NCBI GenBank assembly: GCA_003427395.1
Contig: BFEA01000018.1
Location: 5,922,261 to 5,986,260 of the forward strand
Reading direction: 5' to 3'
DNA: 64,000 nucleotides
Source of the DNA: Chara braunii
Taxonomy: Eukaryota; Plantae; Charophyceae
The position numbers were made by a program, and so were the translations under genes. Below, one piece after another: positions 1-11,949 of the stretch. Within the stretch, counting starts at the first letter, position 1. Each line of letters opens with the position of its first letter. The notes below the pieces were generated by a model. The model saw only the letters and a list, made by a program, of their open reading frames with translations. It made no database searches and was not told the DNA's origin.

Positions 1-1090
1 AGTTTGTATTAAGGTTTACCAATAAAGGCGGAAACTCAGTCGTAAAAGATCATATTCCATCCTCAACCAAGCAGTGAAATCAAGATCCCCAACGAACACT
101 AGGTATTTTCAACAATGACCGAGTCACGGAGTTCCTCAATCGAATGCTCGACAATGCTCCGATCGACGCATGCATGCGTCAAGGTGCAACAAAACAGTCT
201 TGCACTGCCCGTTCGTTCTCAGCGAACGGGCATTTTCGATAGTTCGAGGAAAGAGAGAAAAGAAAAAAACAAAATAAAGAATCTAAACAAATCTAAGAGA
301 AAAATCTAAGAAAAGAAAATAAACAAAAACTTACCTCTTGTAGAAATAACAGTCGCCCGTTTCCACGGGCGACAGTTAGGCTTGGACCCCACTGCCGGCG
401 CCTGGAAAAGGAAAGTGGCCGCAAAAAGCTGGCCAACATCGGTGGAAACTTTTTGGCACGATTCATGAACACCCCACCGCCAACTTCTGGCGGTGTTTTG
501 GAAACGACCTCGCTTGCCGTTTTTGGAAACCGTAGGGGGGGGCCTGCCCGAAAAGGAAAGCACGGACGGCCTGCATGGACCAGCGGACATCGTAGCCTTT
601 CGGGTTGGCCTGTCCGTGTGTAGTGGTGCATGCCGCCCACGGTACCGTGCGACGGATTTCGGATCCCCGATGCGGCGTCCCAGGGAGACCCACGACGGAA
701 GCAGCAACGACAATGTTTTTGGGACATTCCGTTGGGGGCCACCCGGGGAATTCAAATTCGTCAGCTCCGCGCGGGACACACACTTCCATGTCAAGGCTTC
801 ACGTGGTGTTGTCGTGGGGGAGGCTTTGTGGGCGTTGGTACGCGGCCATCGCTTTTGCCAGAGGTTGTCCACGCGTTGGACGTTGTAGTGAAAGGAGGCT
901 ATGGATGCGTCTGGATGTGGGATGAATATTCAGGAAAGCGAAGATGCGATGTGCATGCTGCTTTTCCTCCTCTTCCAGTGGGTGAGCTGACGAAACGTGG
1001 CAGCATTGGCGGTCGTGGAGACGGTATCGTTGATGTCTTTCGTCCACAAAAATGTCTCCGCCGCGGTGACACTACTGGCGGGGGGGGCTG

Positions 1091-2443
1091 TTGCATGGTT
1101 TCGCCCTCGGTGCACTGGCGATGGAGGAGATGAGGAGAACGCTGGACCACAGACGTCATATGTGGGTGTTGGCGCGTAGCGGTGGTCTTTGGAAGGATCT
1201 CCAGCGAGTAGGGGGCGAGCACGACAAGGTCTTCCTTCGGTTTTGCAGACTTTCGCGCCCCCTGTTCTTCAAAGCTCTTGCTCGCATCAGCCCGCATATC
1301 CAGCGGTCGCCCACGACCTTCAGAATGCCATTACCCGCCGGACAGAAGTTCGCATGCGCTCTTATGAGATGGGCTACTGGCGGTTATTACACGCAATCCG
1401 CCCACAGCTTAGGGATGGGCCTCGCGAGTGGTTTGCGCAGCAACGAGGAAGTGGTCGACGCCATCATCCGGGAGTACGGTCATCTGCTACAGTTCCCTAC
1501 GGGACAGCGGTTGGAGGACGTGCAGAAGGGCTTTGAGAGAAAAGGGTTCCCCGGGTGTGTGGGCGCCATAGATTGCATGCATGTGTATATTGACAAGCCG
1601 AAGGGAGTGCGGTCGGAGTGCTATTACCACCACACGGGGGGGTTCTCGGTTGTGGCACAAGTCGTTAGCGACCACCAGTGTCGGATTTCTAGTGTTTTTG
1701 TCGGTTGTCCAGGGTCTGTGCACGATTCCAGAGCTCTGCGCATCTCGCCACTGTATGTGAATGCTACGGAGGGTAGAGGAGTGTTGGCTGAGGGAGGTGC
1801 CGTCCTGCACGACGGCAGATATGTTGGCAGGTATTTGCTGGGTGATCAAGGGTACCCTCTTCTTCCATGGCTCATGACTCCATTTGGCCGGTTTGCTCAA
1901 ACGGAATATGATCGGGCGTTCGATTTGAGCCACAGTGCAGCGAGGTCGTGCATTGAACGGACTTTCGGCCGTCTGAAGGCGGTTTGGAGGAACTTCATTC
2001 GAAGACACATCTGCAACCTGAAGATCGTCTGCAAAGAATTCATGGCCATCTGCATTCTCCACAATCTCATGATCATCCACAACGTGCACATCGACCCCGC
2101 GCTGATGAAAGACAGCAGTGACAGTGATGGCGATGAAGAGCAGTGTGGGAACCGTCGACGGCGCCGACGCCGTCGGCGATTCAACCGTCATCTTCCGAAC
2201 TTGAACATCGAGGCGCCTGCGGAGGACGACCCCACTTACGGGGGGGAACTCGCGGCTCATGTGAGGGCCAGCCTGGTGGAGCACGTGCGCCACCACGTGG
2301 CAGTCCACGGGGCCCCTCCGCCATGCCCATGGCGTCAGTGGTCGTCTTTCATTACACAGGGCATAGAGCGGATGAAAAATTTTAGTGTTAGTGTCGTCGA
2401 CCGTTGGTGCAACTTGTACGGTTTACCGTACTGGAATTTGTAG
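1091..2443 (+). CDS. Harbinger (HARBI1-like DDE) transposase; 5' end probably disrupted
   Basis: Motifs GFPGCVGAIDCMHV, HDSR, YLLGDQGYPLLPWLMTPF, ARSCIERTFGRLKAVWR, ICILHN. The likely original start is ATG 901 (MDASGCG..), followed by an in-frame TGA near 988 and a frameshift in the G-run near 1080. Confidence 0.9.
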   Translation: MHGFALGALAMEEMRRTLDHRRHMWVLARSGGLWKDLQRVGGEHDKVFLRFCRLSRPLFFKALARISPHIQRSPTTFRMPLPAGQKFACALMRWATGGYYTQSAHSLGMGLASGLRSNEEVVDAIIREYGHLLQFPTGQRLEDVQKGFERKGFPGCVGAIDCMHVYIDKPKGVRSECYYHHTGGFSVVAQVVSDHQCRISSVFVGCPGSVHDSRALRISPLYVNATEGRGVLAEGGAVLHDGRYVGRYLLGDQGYPLLPWLMTPFGRFAQTEYDRAFDLSHSAARSCIERTFGRLKAVWRNFIRRHICNLKIVCKEFMAICILHNLMIIHNVHIDPALMKDSSDSDGDEEQCGNRRRRRRRRRFNRHLPNLNIEAPAEDDPTYGGELAAHVRASLVEHVRHHVAVHGAPPPCPWRQWSSFITQGIERMKNFSVSVVDRWCNLYGLPYWNL

Positions 2444-3164
2444 TTACACCAACCGGGTACTCGGGTTCCGACGTTGCGGTTTCGATGCATTGTGTACAAA
2501 TGAATTCGTCCTTGTAAACAAAAACTCATGATGTAGTGCTTTCCTGTTCGTTGTTCGATGATTGGGCAGTGACGGTGTTTGTCTGTCGAGTGTCGAGTAT
2601 TTGTGAAGTGGACCAATTAAATAACAGCCGACAAATTTTACGACGACTGCAGACCTTTCTCACATGTAAGTGGACAACGTCCCATTAAAAGAACAAGACA
2701 ACATACATGCCATGATTGTCTTTTCCAACGAAGGAGCGACAAGTCCATGAAACCCTGCCCAACAAAAACATTAATTTCCTTTCGTACTTCCTATTTCGGT
2801 TGCTCAATTGAGTTAAGAGAAACTGCATGTGCATCAAGTACGCATGCCCATTGACAACACCCGAATTGCACCGTTCCATCCATTGTGCACCACACCCAAC
2901 AACCGAATAACTGTGGATATGGAAATGATGAAAGGGAGGGAGGCAACAGACGCAAAGAAAAAGGTACAAACACAAACCTGAACAAGAATCCAAAAAAAAA
3001 AAGCGTGAATATGGAACAATCAGAAAACAAATGCGTCGAAATGGATGACTCAATTTGAAAATGGAGTGAATACAAATTCAACGGTGGTAGAAACAAAAAC
3101 ATCCGTAGCAAAGTTTGAATGACGTCCGGATGACCATTCGCCATTTCACCCTTCCAAACATTGC

Positions 3165-3343
3165 ATATGACGATGATCACCACCGTGATCATCATCATCA
3201 TCGTCATCCTAAACATCATTGTCATCGAATTCATCATCCTCATCATCATCGTCATCATCATCATCATCGTCATCATCATCATCGTCACCATCTTCATCAT
3301 CATCTTCGTCATCAGCATCGTCGTCATTGTCATACAAATCGAA

Positions 3344-3385
<42 letters not shown>

Positions 3386-3390
3386 AGTCA
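3165..3390. repeat. (CAT)n microsatellite
   Basis: Degenerate and pure CAT repeats. Confidence 0.9.
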
Positions 3391-3651
3391 TCTTCTGACC
3401 GCCGTCGCCAAAGGGCTCTACAATGGAGTGTCCAATGAACACTATGACCTCCTTACGGCGCATACGACGAAGACGACGACTGTCTCCTCTCGCCCTGCCG
3501 ATACTCAAGACCTCACCTCCCCGTGCAAATAGGGCCTGCCCACCAATGGCGGATCGAGAATGCACCTCCAAAATGGGACATCATCTAGGCGGTCTGCGTA
3601 CACGTCGCCAAGGGTGGAGACATACAGAAGCACGATCTCCCCCAGCACATC

Positions 3652-3845
3652 AACGGGACGGCCACCCACATGTCCCCGTCGGTGGCAATCGAACGTCAGA
3701 ACGCACATGTATATGATATATAAATATATAAATAAATATATATATCGTCAAATAGAACTGCCCGGTAAACCGTAGGCAGAGAGGGAGAAGAGGACAACAA
3801 ACGAGGGGCTGTGTATATGTATATTTATTTATTTATTTATATATT

Positions 3846-3879
<34 letters not shown>

Positions 3880-3936
3880 CATGCGCGCTCCGACGTTCGA
3901 TTGCCACCGACGGCGACATATGGGCGGCCGTCCGTT
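3652..3936. repeat. Imperfect inverted repeat (~60 bp GC-rich arms plus AT-rich inner arms)
   Basis: ggacggccacccacatgtccccgtcggtggcaatcgaacgtcag..catgtat pairs with atacatgcgcgctccgacgttcgattgccaccgacggcgacatatgggcggccgtcc. Confidence 0.85.
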
Positions 3937-4048
3937 CACCTCGCAAGGCTTCGGTCCCACGACTCAAATCTACATATATATATATATATATATTCAAATA
4001 CACATCGGAGCTCAAAAACCAACGAATGAAACGAGAAAATAAAAACAA

Positions 4049-5587
4049 TCACCGCGAGGAAGGGTCCTCATACCGATCACCTTCGCCACCGTCACCTCTG
4101 TTTCCCCCCCTACTAGCAAAAACACCCACCAGCATCTCTAGAACGTTGTTCCCACCCCGCATTGCTTCGGCCATGTCCCCTATCCAAGCAGCGATTGCAC
4201 TGCCAGCGTCTGCGGTGGCATTGGCGAGGGCAGTGGCCGCTTTGTCGAGGCCATCGCAGTACGATGTGGTGGAATCCTCCATGGCCCTACCCAAGCTCGT
4301 CATGCTGCTGCCGGCGTCTTCCTTTCGCGCCTTCCCGCTGGCTGTCCGCCTCGGTTTAGCGGAATTGTCGGACTCCTCCGCCCATCTTCCGTCCGATCCT
4401 CCACGCGGCGGTGCATCTGTTCCACCAGACGTGAGGTTCTCCGAAGCCAGCGTGTTGTCACACCTCATCGACGGCCGATTCAGCTTCCATTGCATGGCGT
4501 CCCACAAAGCTTTCTCAAAAGAAAGCGGAAGACTCTTCTCCTTTCGTTCCTCCACCGTCAAATCCCAATACGATGGTTGCCTAGACGCTTCACATTTCTC
4601 CACGATTAGCTTAGCCGTATTCAGTATGTTCGACCACTTCTTGCGACAGTCCTCACCACTCCTTTGTTTGAAGCCCGCGTCCCTCATCCTGTCATTCACC
4701 CATGCGTACCGCTCTTTCCTCTGCTTGAATCGGTGCTGGCCGTTAGCATCCTCCATGAGGGCGTCATCCTCACCCATCAACATGGCAAGCTTCACGCGCT
4801 CGTCTAACGTCCATGGGACGTTAGACTTCTTTTGAGCTGGGGGGCGGCCATTCGGTGGTCGTCCGCCAACCGCTTCACCTCCCACACCCCGACCTTGAAC
4901 ATCACCCTGCCCGGCCGTCGAACTTGCCACCAAGGGGATGGCACTTGCTTGCTCACCTTGACCTTCTTCGTCACCCGCCTCGGAGCCGCCCGTGCCTTCA
5001 TCGCACGCAGAATCCACTCTAGTATCGCAGGACACCAGCCTTGGCGTCGGCCGATTCCAAGTGCCCTTCGTGTCAACGCCTTCCGCTGGAGACGGAGAAC
5101 CCCGTGTGCCGAATAACCCCCACTCTCCCTGACTGCACTGGGAAGACCAAAGCCTACCACCCGTTGGCACACTACGAGCTTGCATTGACGGCATGCCAAA
5201 ACCTACACCTGTGCTCGTGCCTTCAATGGGAGACCACGATGCATACAAATCGAACTGCTGGTGGATGGAGATAGGATGATCGTGCACGCCAAAACCGCCA
5301 TCCGCACACAAGTCCCGTGCCTGTGCACCACCACGCAGTGCGCCCGCGGCCATGTTCTCCGGAGAATATCCAACAAACCCTCCATCGAAGGCCGGCGGAG
5401 GGGAAGCACCACGTGCAGGGTAGTACGGCTGCTGCATGGCCGACGGGGACTGACGCAGGGCGGCGAATGACTGCAGGCTTTGAACTGCATGACCTTGATG
5501 GCCCCGTGCATGCAGTTGTCCGTCGTGCATATCGTTTCCGCCATCGAATCCGATGTCGCCATCACTCGCCCAACGTCTGCTATCCAT
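4049..5587 (-). CDS. Harbinger Myb/SANT (trihelix-like) DNA-binding ORF
   Basis: NVPWTLDERVKL..YAWVNDRMRDAGFKQRSGEDCRKKWSNIL..SYWDLTVEERKEKSLPLSF. Lies inside the TIRs, convergent with the transposase. Start placed at ATG 5587 (MDSRRW); the ORF track extends to 5815. Confidence 0.85.
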   Translation of the reverse strand: MDSRRWASDGDIGFDGGNDMHDGQLHARGHQGHAVQSLQSFAALRQSPSAMQQPYYPARGASPPPAFDGGFVGYSPENMAAGALRGGAQARDLCADGGFGVHDHPISIHQQFDLYASWSPIEGTSTGVGFGMPSMQARSVPTGGRLWSSQCSQGEWGLFGTRGSPSPAEGVDTKGTWNRPTPRLVSCDTRVDSACDEGTGGSEAGDEEGQGEQASAIPLVASSTAGQGDVQGRGVGGEAVGGRPPNGRPPAQKKSNVPWTLDERVKLAMLMGEDDALMEDANGQHRFKQRKERYAWVNDRMRDAGFKQRSGEDCRKKWSNILNTAKLIVEKCEASRQPSYWDLTVEERKEKSLPLSFEKALWDAMQWKLNRPSMRCDNTLASENLTSGGTDAPPRGGSDGRWAEESDNSAKPRRTASGKARKEDAGSSMTSLGRAMEDSTTSYCDGLDKAATALANATADAGSAIAAWIGDMAEAMRGGNNVLEMLVGVFASRGGNRGDGGEGDRYEDPSSR

Positions 5588-7116
5588 CGTCGGGCCACCA
5601 GCTTTGACGAAAGCCAAACGGCGACGAAAGGTGGCACCTTTCGGCACACACGTGTACGGCTCCACTACCGACGCCTGGACAGAAGCATGACGGCAACGAA
5701 CATGAGGACTGTGGACAACAACAGGAGCCTGACAACGAAGATGAGGAGGAGACTCGCTGCTGCGGCGGCGGCAACAACGAAGAGCGACAGAGCGCCTGGT
5801 CGCCCCACGCCGCAATCGTTGTCCACGATGACAACGACGGGACGGTCCGTGACAAAACCCAACCGGCCCCCCCCAAAAGTCGAAAGAGGAGATGGAGACC
5901 TGCCCTCTCCGATCGCCACGTGCCCTGTGGTGACGTGTTCACGGCCGGCGGAAGGACTGCGGACCTCCACTACTGGATTCCACAAGGGAGGACCTCCACT
6001 GCTAACTGCACATCGCCTGGAGTGGACGACGAAGGACGCTGAAGCGCGTGTGCATGGGACCACCCTCGGAGCAAAGAACGGGGTAGTCGGAGATACCACC
6101 ACGTCAGCACACCCGCTCCCGCGATGACAACCTCGCGCAGCTGCACGTACGGAGCTGAAGACAGTACTCTGTTGCAGCGTTCGGACCGCAGCGCAGGCAT
6201 CCGAATGCGCCGAACAATGACTCCACAGACCACGAACGTACGAAGTGGCAGCACGTCGGGCTGAAGCCACACGGCCGAAACGAGCAGCGTTCAGCAGCAA
6301 TGGCATGGCATATCGACGTTAGACCCCACGTGTCTTCGAAGAAGACAGTGACGGAATACGAAGGGCGGAAATGTGCAATCGCGGAGACGTGAACGACAGA
6401 CAGTGCGGTGAACTATCTGCGTCGTACACGCCCCAAGTACTTGTTGCGCATTTCGAAATCCCTGTTGACACACCGCCATAATTTCAATTGCACGGTCTCT
6501 CGTAGCGCGGTGCACCGGGACCACTGCGGGGGATCACGTGCGGGGACCGCCAACGACCACTTTCGATAGATCGTGCGACACGATCTTCGTTCCTGCTCTC
6601 TCGGCCTGGAACAAACGAATGTCCGCGACGGCCTCTCGCTGCACCAGTCCTGGGCGGCCTCCAATGCCAACGGCTGGCGCTTTGCCCTCCCTACCCTGTT
6701 GGAGCCCATTCTGGAAAACAGCGCCGGCCACAGGGGGAGACTTTTCCAGCCGCCAGCCATGTAGAAACACACCTGGCGGTGTTTTGGAAACGGCAGTGGG
6801 GTCTGAAATCGACGTATGCAGACCTCCATAAATTTTCCTGGCGGCCAAGTGGGGTCCGAAATCGCCCTTCCATGCCAAAACGTTTTCAGGCGCCGGGCAG
6901 TGGGGTCCAAGCCTTAAGTGTACTGGGGTGGTCAGTGCCCTTGTCACTTCGGAGGCCGCCATCTGTCGTGTCGTAGTGGTTTAGTTTTAGTTTTTATTTT
7001 GTTTTTTTTTTGTTTGTTTTTTTTATTCATTGGCTTAGCCAACAGTTACCTCCTTGTTCGTGGCACACCCACGAACCACTGGAAAACAGGTCCGGGTTCG
7101 AATCCCGTCGGGGACT

Positions 7117-7165
7117 TTTCGGGCCATTTCCCGATTTATGCGTGTCATCCTTGCGCAGGGGCCAT
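7117..7165 (-). pseudogene. U6: U6 snRNA 3' fragment
   Basis: ccatttcccgatttatgcgtgtcatccttgcgcaggggccat is the reverse complement of the U6 3' half. Confidence 0.85.
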
Positions 7166-8252
7166 CTCACCTCCGCGCGACTGTTTTCAACCGCACGATC
7201 TTACCGATCGCACGGCCGAAAACGGTCACGCCCAATGGTTGGGCTACTCCAAAAGGAGCTAGCCCGGTGGTTACTGTTTCTCAGATTCGATCCTGGTATC
7301 CGCCGGGTAACAGTCTGACAATGGTACCTACTGGGCTAGCTCCTTCACACATCAAGGAAAGAGCAGCCCTTCTATATGAAGGGCTTCTGGTGCCCATCAG
7401 GCCTCCCTCCGGCACTTAGCAGGCTGTGTCTCCCATGCCCTACTTGCTGTTGTGGCTGGCTGGCAAGGTCGGCAGCCGACAGCCTCAGCGGCTGCCCTAC
7501 TCAGCTGGCCCCAACGCCATCGCCCCTCGTCCCTGGCGCAGACCCCGTGGACCCTAAAAAAAATCCTCCTACTCCTTCACGCTGCGTCCCAACCTATTCA
7601 CAGCGACCCTTTTTTACCCGCTTAGGCCCTGAATCGCGCGGCTGTTATAGGTAGGATAGGTTTGCTTTTTGCATTTCTTTATCCGCACATTCCTGCGGTT
7701 TTGACAAATCGTAGCCTTGTCGTTTACATCCGATACCTCCGTACGTCACACGCGCCCGGACTAAAGCCCAAAATTTTTTTAGGTTCTTAGTCATAGATCA
7801 AGTCTGAATAAACTTTTGGCAGACGTCAGTCTCATCAAGACTATTATTTCAACGCAAGAGTCGGACAACGTCCGACGTTCAAAAACATCGGCAAATACCC
7901 TTGTCAGGGTTTTTGCCCCGACACCGTGATTCACCATTTGGCTGGCACCCAAATTGTCCGGGGATTCTCCTCTCAAGGAGCCTAGTCCGGTTACAAAGGA
8001 GCAAACCAGGGAATCGGAAAAAGGAACCGAAAAAAAGGAAACGAAAAAAAGGGGGGAGGAAAAAAAGGAAAAAAAAAAAAAGGAAGAAAAAGGAAAAAAA
8101 GGGGGGGAAGAAAGAAGGGGGGGCGAAGGTGGGTAAGTAGTCATATCAGAAGGGAAAACTGAGAGAAAGGGGGGAGGGGGGATCCATCTGTAGAGCCAGA
8201 AAGGCCCAGTGAGCAATGTCGGCCACTCCTTGTCGCTCCTTCTCTCACCATC

Positions 8253-8309
<57 letters not shown>

Positions 8310-8450
8310 GGTGGGGCGACGGGGGGCGGCGACCCCTCCCCCACCAATCAATCAATCAATCAACGGAAAAAAAAACTAAAAAAATAACGCTTAGTTTTCT
8401 TTTTTTTTTTCCTTTTTTAACTTTCACCACGACCCCCCCCCACCACCACC

Positions 8451-8485
<35 letters not shown>

Positions 8486-11400
8486 CCTTTGAGGGGGTGG
8501 GGCGGGGTTTGTGCAACCCCAATCCACTTCCGAAAACCCCGCCCACCACCAACTGGCCACCACGCAAACACAAAGCCGCGCGGTCGTGCGGCCATGGTCG
8601 CGGGTTCATGGCCCTGGCCGCGGCCCTGCCATGGCCACCCACGGCCGCCTCCATGGGAGATTCATAGCTTTTGGGAGCTCTGTGGGAGGAAGGCCACTGG
8701 CGATGGCCACGAAGTATTAACGTGTGTCCAGGATGATATCATACAACCTCTGCCCCTCCGCTGGTATCCATATTTCACCATGCCTACCATGTTCGCAAGC
8801 GACTCATGATCTTCGTGATTCTTTCTTCTCTCCACTCGCGCACCCTGGCGCTTGCAGTCCGCTTTGTCTCTGATTCGACCTTTTGCAGCCGCCCCCTGTA
8901 ATGTTCTTGCTACCGCTGCGACGTTCACCTCGCCCGCATTCGCGTGTGCAACGGGTTGTGCCGCACCAACGACCGCTGCAGAGGCTGATCCAGTGCCATG
9001 ATGCCATCAAGTGCGCGTTGTTGATGTAGCGTCGTCGTTGTGTTTGGTTACCGTGGCGTCGACAGCGCGGCTGCCTACGTATTTTGTGTCGTCGACAACG
9101 TCGATCCCCGCATTGGAGAGCAGTAGCAGCTGCCCTTTATCCATGTGCATGTCTTCATTATGGTCCAGATTCATGACGCGTTCCTCACGTATTCCAGCCC
9201 GCGTCGCAGACACGCCACCCCGTGCACAAGCATTGGACGGCGGGGGTGGTGGTGGGTCATTCTGGATGCTACCCCTCGCCGCCGCAATGTGTTGGCGCCG
9301 CCCACTCCAAGTGTGCCTCCTCAAGAGCATCCTCCGTGGTGAACACGTCATCCTCATCGCCCCAGCTCGATCTTCCCCACCCATCCGACGCAGTTTGCGC
9401 AGCACTGCCTAACGCGGCATCATGACGGACCCTTTTGGACTTCGAAACGTGCAGCCCTCCTCTCTCAAACTCCCCTGTCTTTTCGGGGATGTTCTCGCAT
9501 TTCTTGCCTCAACACGACACCGGATCTGCCCCGCGTTGACATGGGGTTCTTCTGCGGCGCTCTCCCAGTTGTCACTGTTGTCTGCCATCCACACGAACGT
9601 GATGATAAGGTGATGTTAAAGGATACGGCAACCATGATGGCGATCCAGGCGATGCTGACAGAATTGCTCGTCTTATCTGGTGACGGTGAAGGACGCTAGA
9701 GAAACATCCGAGCGGGGAAGGCCCCACTTCGTGCGACTCCACAACCGGTATGGTGATGAGGACAAACGAAGGCCAACAGAGGTGCAACGTCGATAGTACT
9801 TCACTGCGGAGTGTCCGCTGCAGGCGACGATGACAAACTTTGGGAAGGAACGACTGCGGCGGCAAGATCCGCTCTGGCAAGGAGTCCAACTCAGAACGTC
9901 AATATGGAGTGCCACTACTACCAACGCATTTGCTCGACGTGAAAGCTTTCGTCAATGCAGGACCCAGGGGCGGAGTGGTATGACCTTCCACAAACCGTTC
10001 TCTATTATGTGGACGAACACGTCCTTTTAACGGAGGATAAGCGACGATCGCCCGAACGATCACCCAATAGATTCTTGGAATAAACCACCAGCCCAACCCC
10101 TCCCTCGAAGGCCTCCTGCAAACCCGCTTGAGAACGTCACAATCCCCCATCCCCCATCCCCCTCCAAAAAAAACAATCCAGTAATTCCATCACCATCCAT
10201 CTCGCAAACCTTCTCTAATGCACCCCCCCCCCCCCCCCCACCCTCTACCTCCCTCCCCCCCCCTCCCCCCGCAGCCCTTTCCTCCACGATGTGGAACACA
10301 ACCTATGAAACACCCCTTTTGTCCCCTCTCCAAAAAAATGCTGCCCTGTGACCTCCACCAAAATATGTGCGGACACATCAAGCACTTGCCTCGAGAGTAC
10401 TAGCGGACGATGTGGACGGTGAACGACTTCCACGAAAAAGGGTGCAGCATCAGACCTCAAACATGATCCCTGCCAATGAGAGGTGGGATGACTCGTATGA
10501 TCTACTCCGCATCAGTGTCGTAACCCCGTTCACCGTTCACGTTCACGGGGGCGGTGAACGAGGGCCGGTCACCGATAACAAAAATCGTGATCGGTGGCAC
10601 TTCAAGGAGTTCACACTGCAGAGAGTGGGATTGACTTTTTTTTTTTTTTTTGGNNNNNNNNNNNNNNNNNNNNNNNNNNNNNNNNNNNNNNNNNNNNNNN
10701 NNNNNNNNNNNNNNNNNNNNNNNNNNNNNNNNNNNNNNNNNNNNNNNNNNNNNNNNNNNNNNNNNNNNNNNNNNNNNNNNNNNNNNNNNNNNNNNNNNNN
10801 NNNNNNNNNNNNNNNNNNNNNNNNNNNNNNNNNNNNNNNNNNNNNNNNNNNNNNNNNNNNNNNNNNNNNNNNNNNNNNNNNNNNNNNNNNNNNNNNNNNN
10901 NNNNNNNNNNNNNNNNNNNNNNNNNNNNNNNNNNNNNNNNNNNNNNNNNNNNNNNNNNNNNNNNNNNNNNNNNNNNNNNNNNNNNNNNNNNNNNNNNNNN
11001 NNNNNNNNNNNNNNNNNNNNNNNNNNNNNNNNNNNNNNNNNNNNNNNNNNNNNNNNNNNNNNNNNNNNNNNNNNNNNNNNNNNNNNNNNNNNNNNNNNNN
11101 NNNNNNNNNNNNNNNNNNNNNNNNNNNNNNNNNNNNNNNNNNNNNNNNNNNNNNNNNNNNNNNNNNNNNNNNNNNNNNNNNNNNNNNNNNNNNNNNNNNN
11201 NNNNNNNNNNNNNNNNNNNNNNNNNNNNNNNNNNNNNNNNNNNNNNNNNNNNNNNNNNNNNNNNNNNNNNNNNNNNNNNNNNNNNNNNNNNNNNNNNNNN
11301 NNNNNNNNNNNNNNNNNNNNNNNNNNNNNNNNNNNNNNNNNNNNNNNNNNNNNNNNNNNNNNNNNNNNNNNNNNNNNNNNNNNNNNNNNNNNNNNNNNNN

Positions 11401-11644
11401 NNNNNNNNNNNNNNNNNNNNNNNNNNNNNNNNNNNNNNNNNNNNNNNNNNNNNNNNNNNNNNNNNNNNNNNNNNNNNNNNNNNNNNNNNNNNNNNNNNNN
11501 NNNNNNNNNNNNNNNNNNNNNNNNNNNNNNNNNNNNNNNNNNNNNNNNNNNNNNNNNNNNNNNNNNNNNNNNNNNNNNNNNNNNNNNNNNNNNNNNNNNN
11601 NNNNNNNNNNNNNNNNNNNNNNNNNNNNNNNNNNNNNNNNNNNN

Positions 11645-11687
<43 letters not shown>

Positions 11688-11949
11688 AAGACGGCTTGTA
11701 TTTCGAAAAGACGATTTCATGCCAAATATACAAACAGACCACCGGATGACGTCTTTGGAACCTCATCACTGCCCCCCTATCCCGATGTTACACACCACAA
11801 TGATGCCAACAACCATTAAATGCGAGGCGTCAACGGTGAAGCCGACAAACTGAAGGTGTCAACATATGACAGCCTTGCCGCTCACAAAACAACCCATCCT
11901 CGGGTATCTCACTAAACATTTCGAAACGAATACTAATCTGAAAAAATAA

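Larger units (their letters stand above)
379..6913. mobile_element. PIF/Harbinger DNA transposon, family A (two convergent ORFs)
   Basis: TIRs GGCTTGGACCCCACTGCC(C)GGCGCCTG..AAAA at 379 and ending 6913. TTA TSD at 376-378 and 6914-6916. Contains a DDE transposase and a Myb/SANT ORF. Confidence 0.95.

Noticed and set aside
1487-2308. Antisense or overlapping ORFs on the transposases and TPI
   Set aside because: Shadow frames of GC-rich coding sequence.
2791-3571. His-, Asp-, Met- or Ile-rich ORFs
   Set aside because: Translations of the (CAT)n microsatellite.
8800-10050. Possible coding region on the minus strand
   Set aside because: Protein-like but fragmented, with no domain I can name; probably a decayed transposon ORF.
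10367-11853. Long ORFs across N-gaps (also near 26.5, 32.1, 55.8, 57.7 and 61.5 kb)
   Set aside because: Artifacts of Ns and microsatellites.
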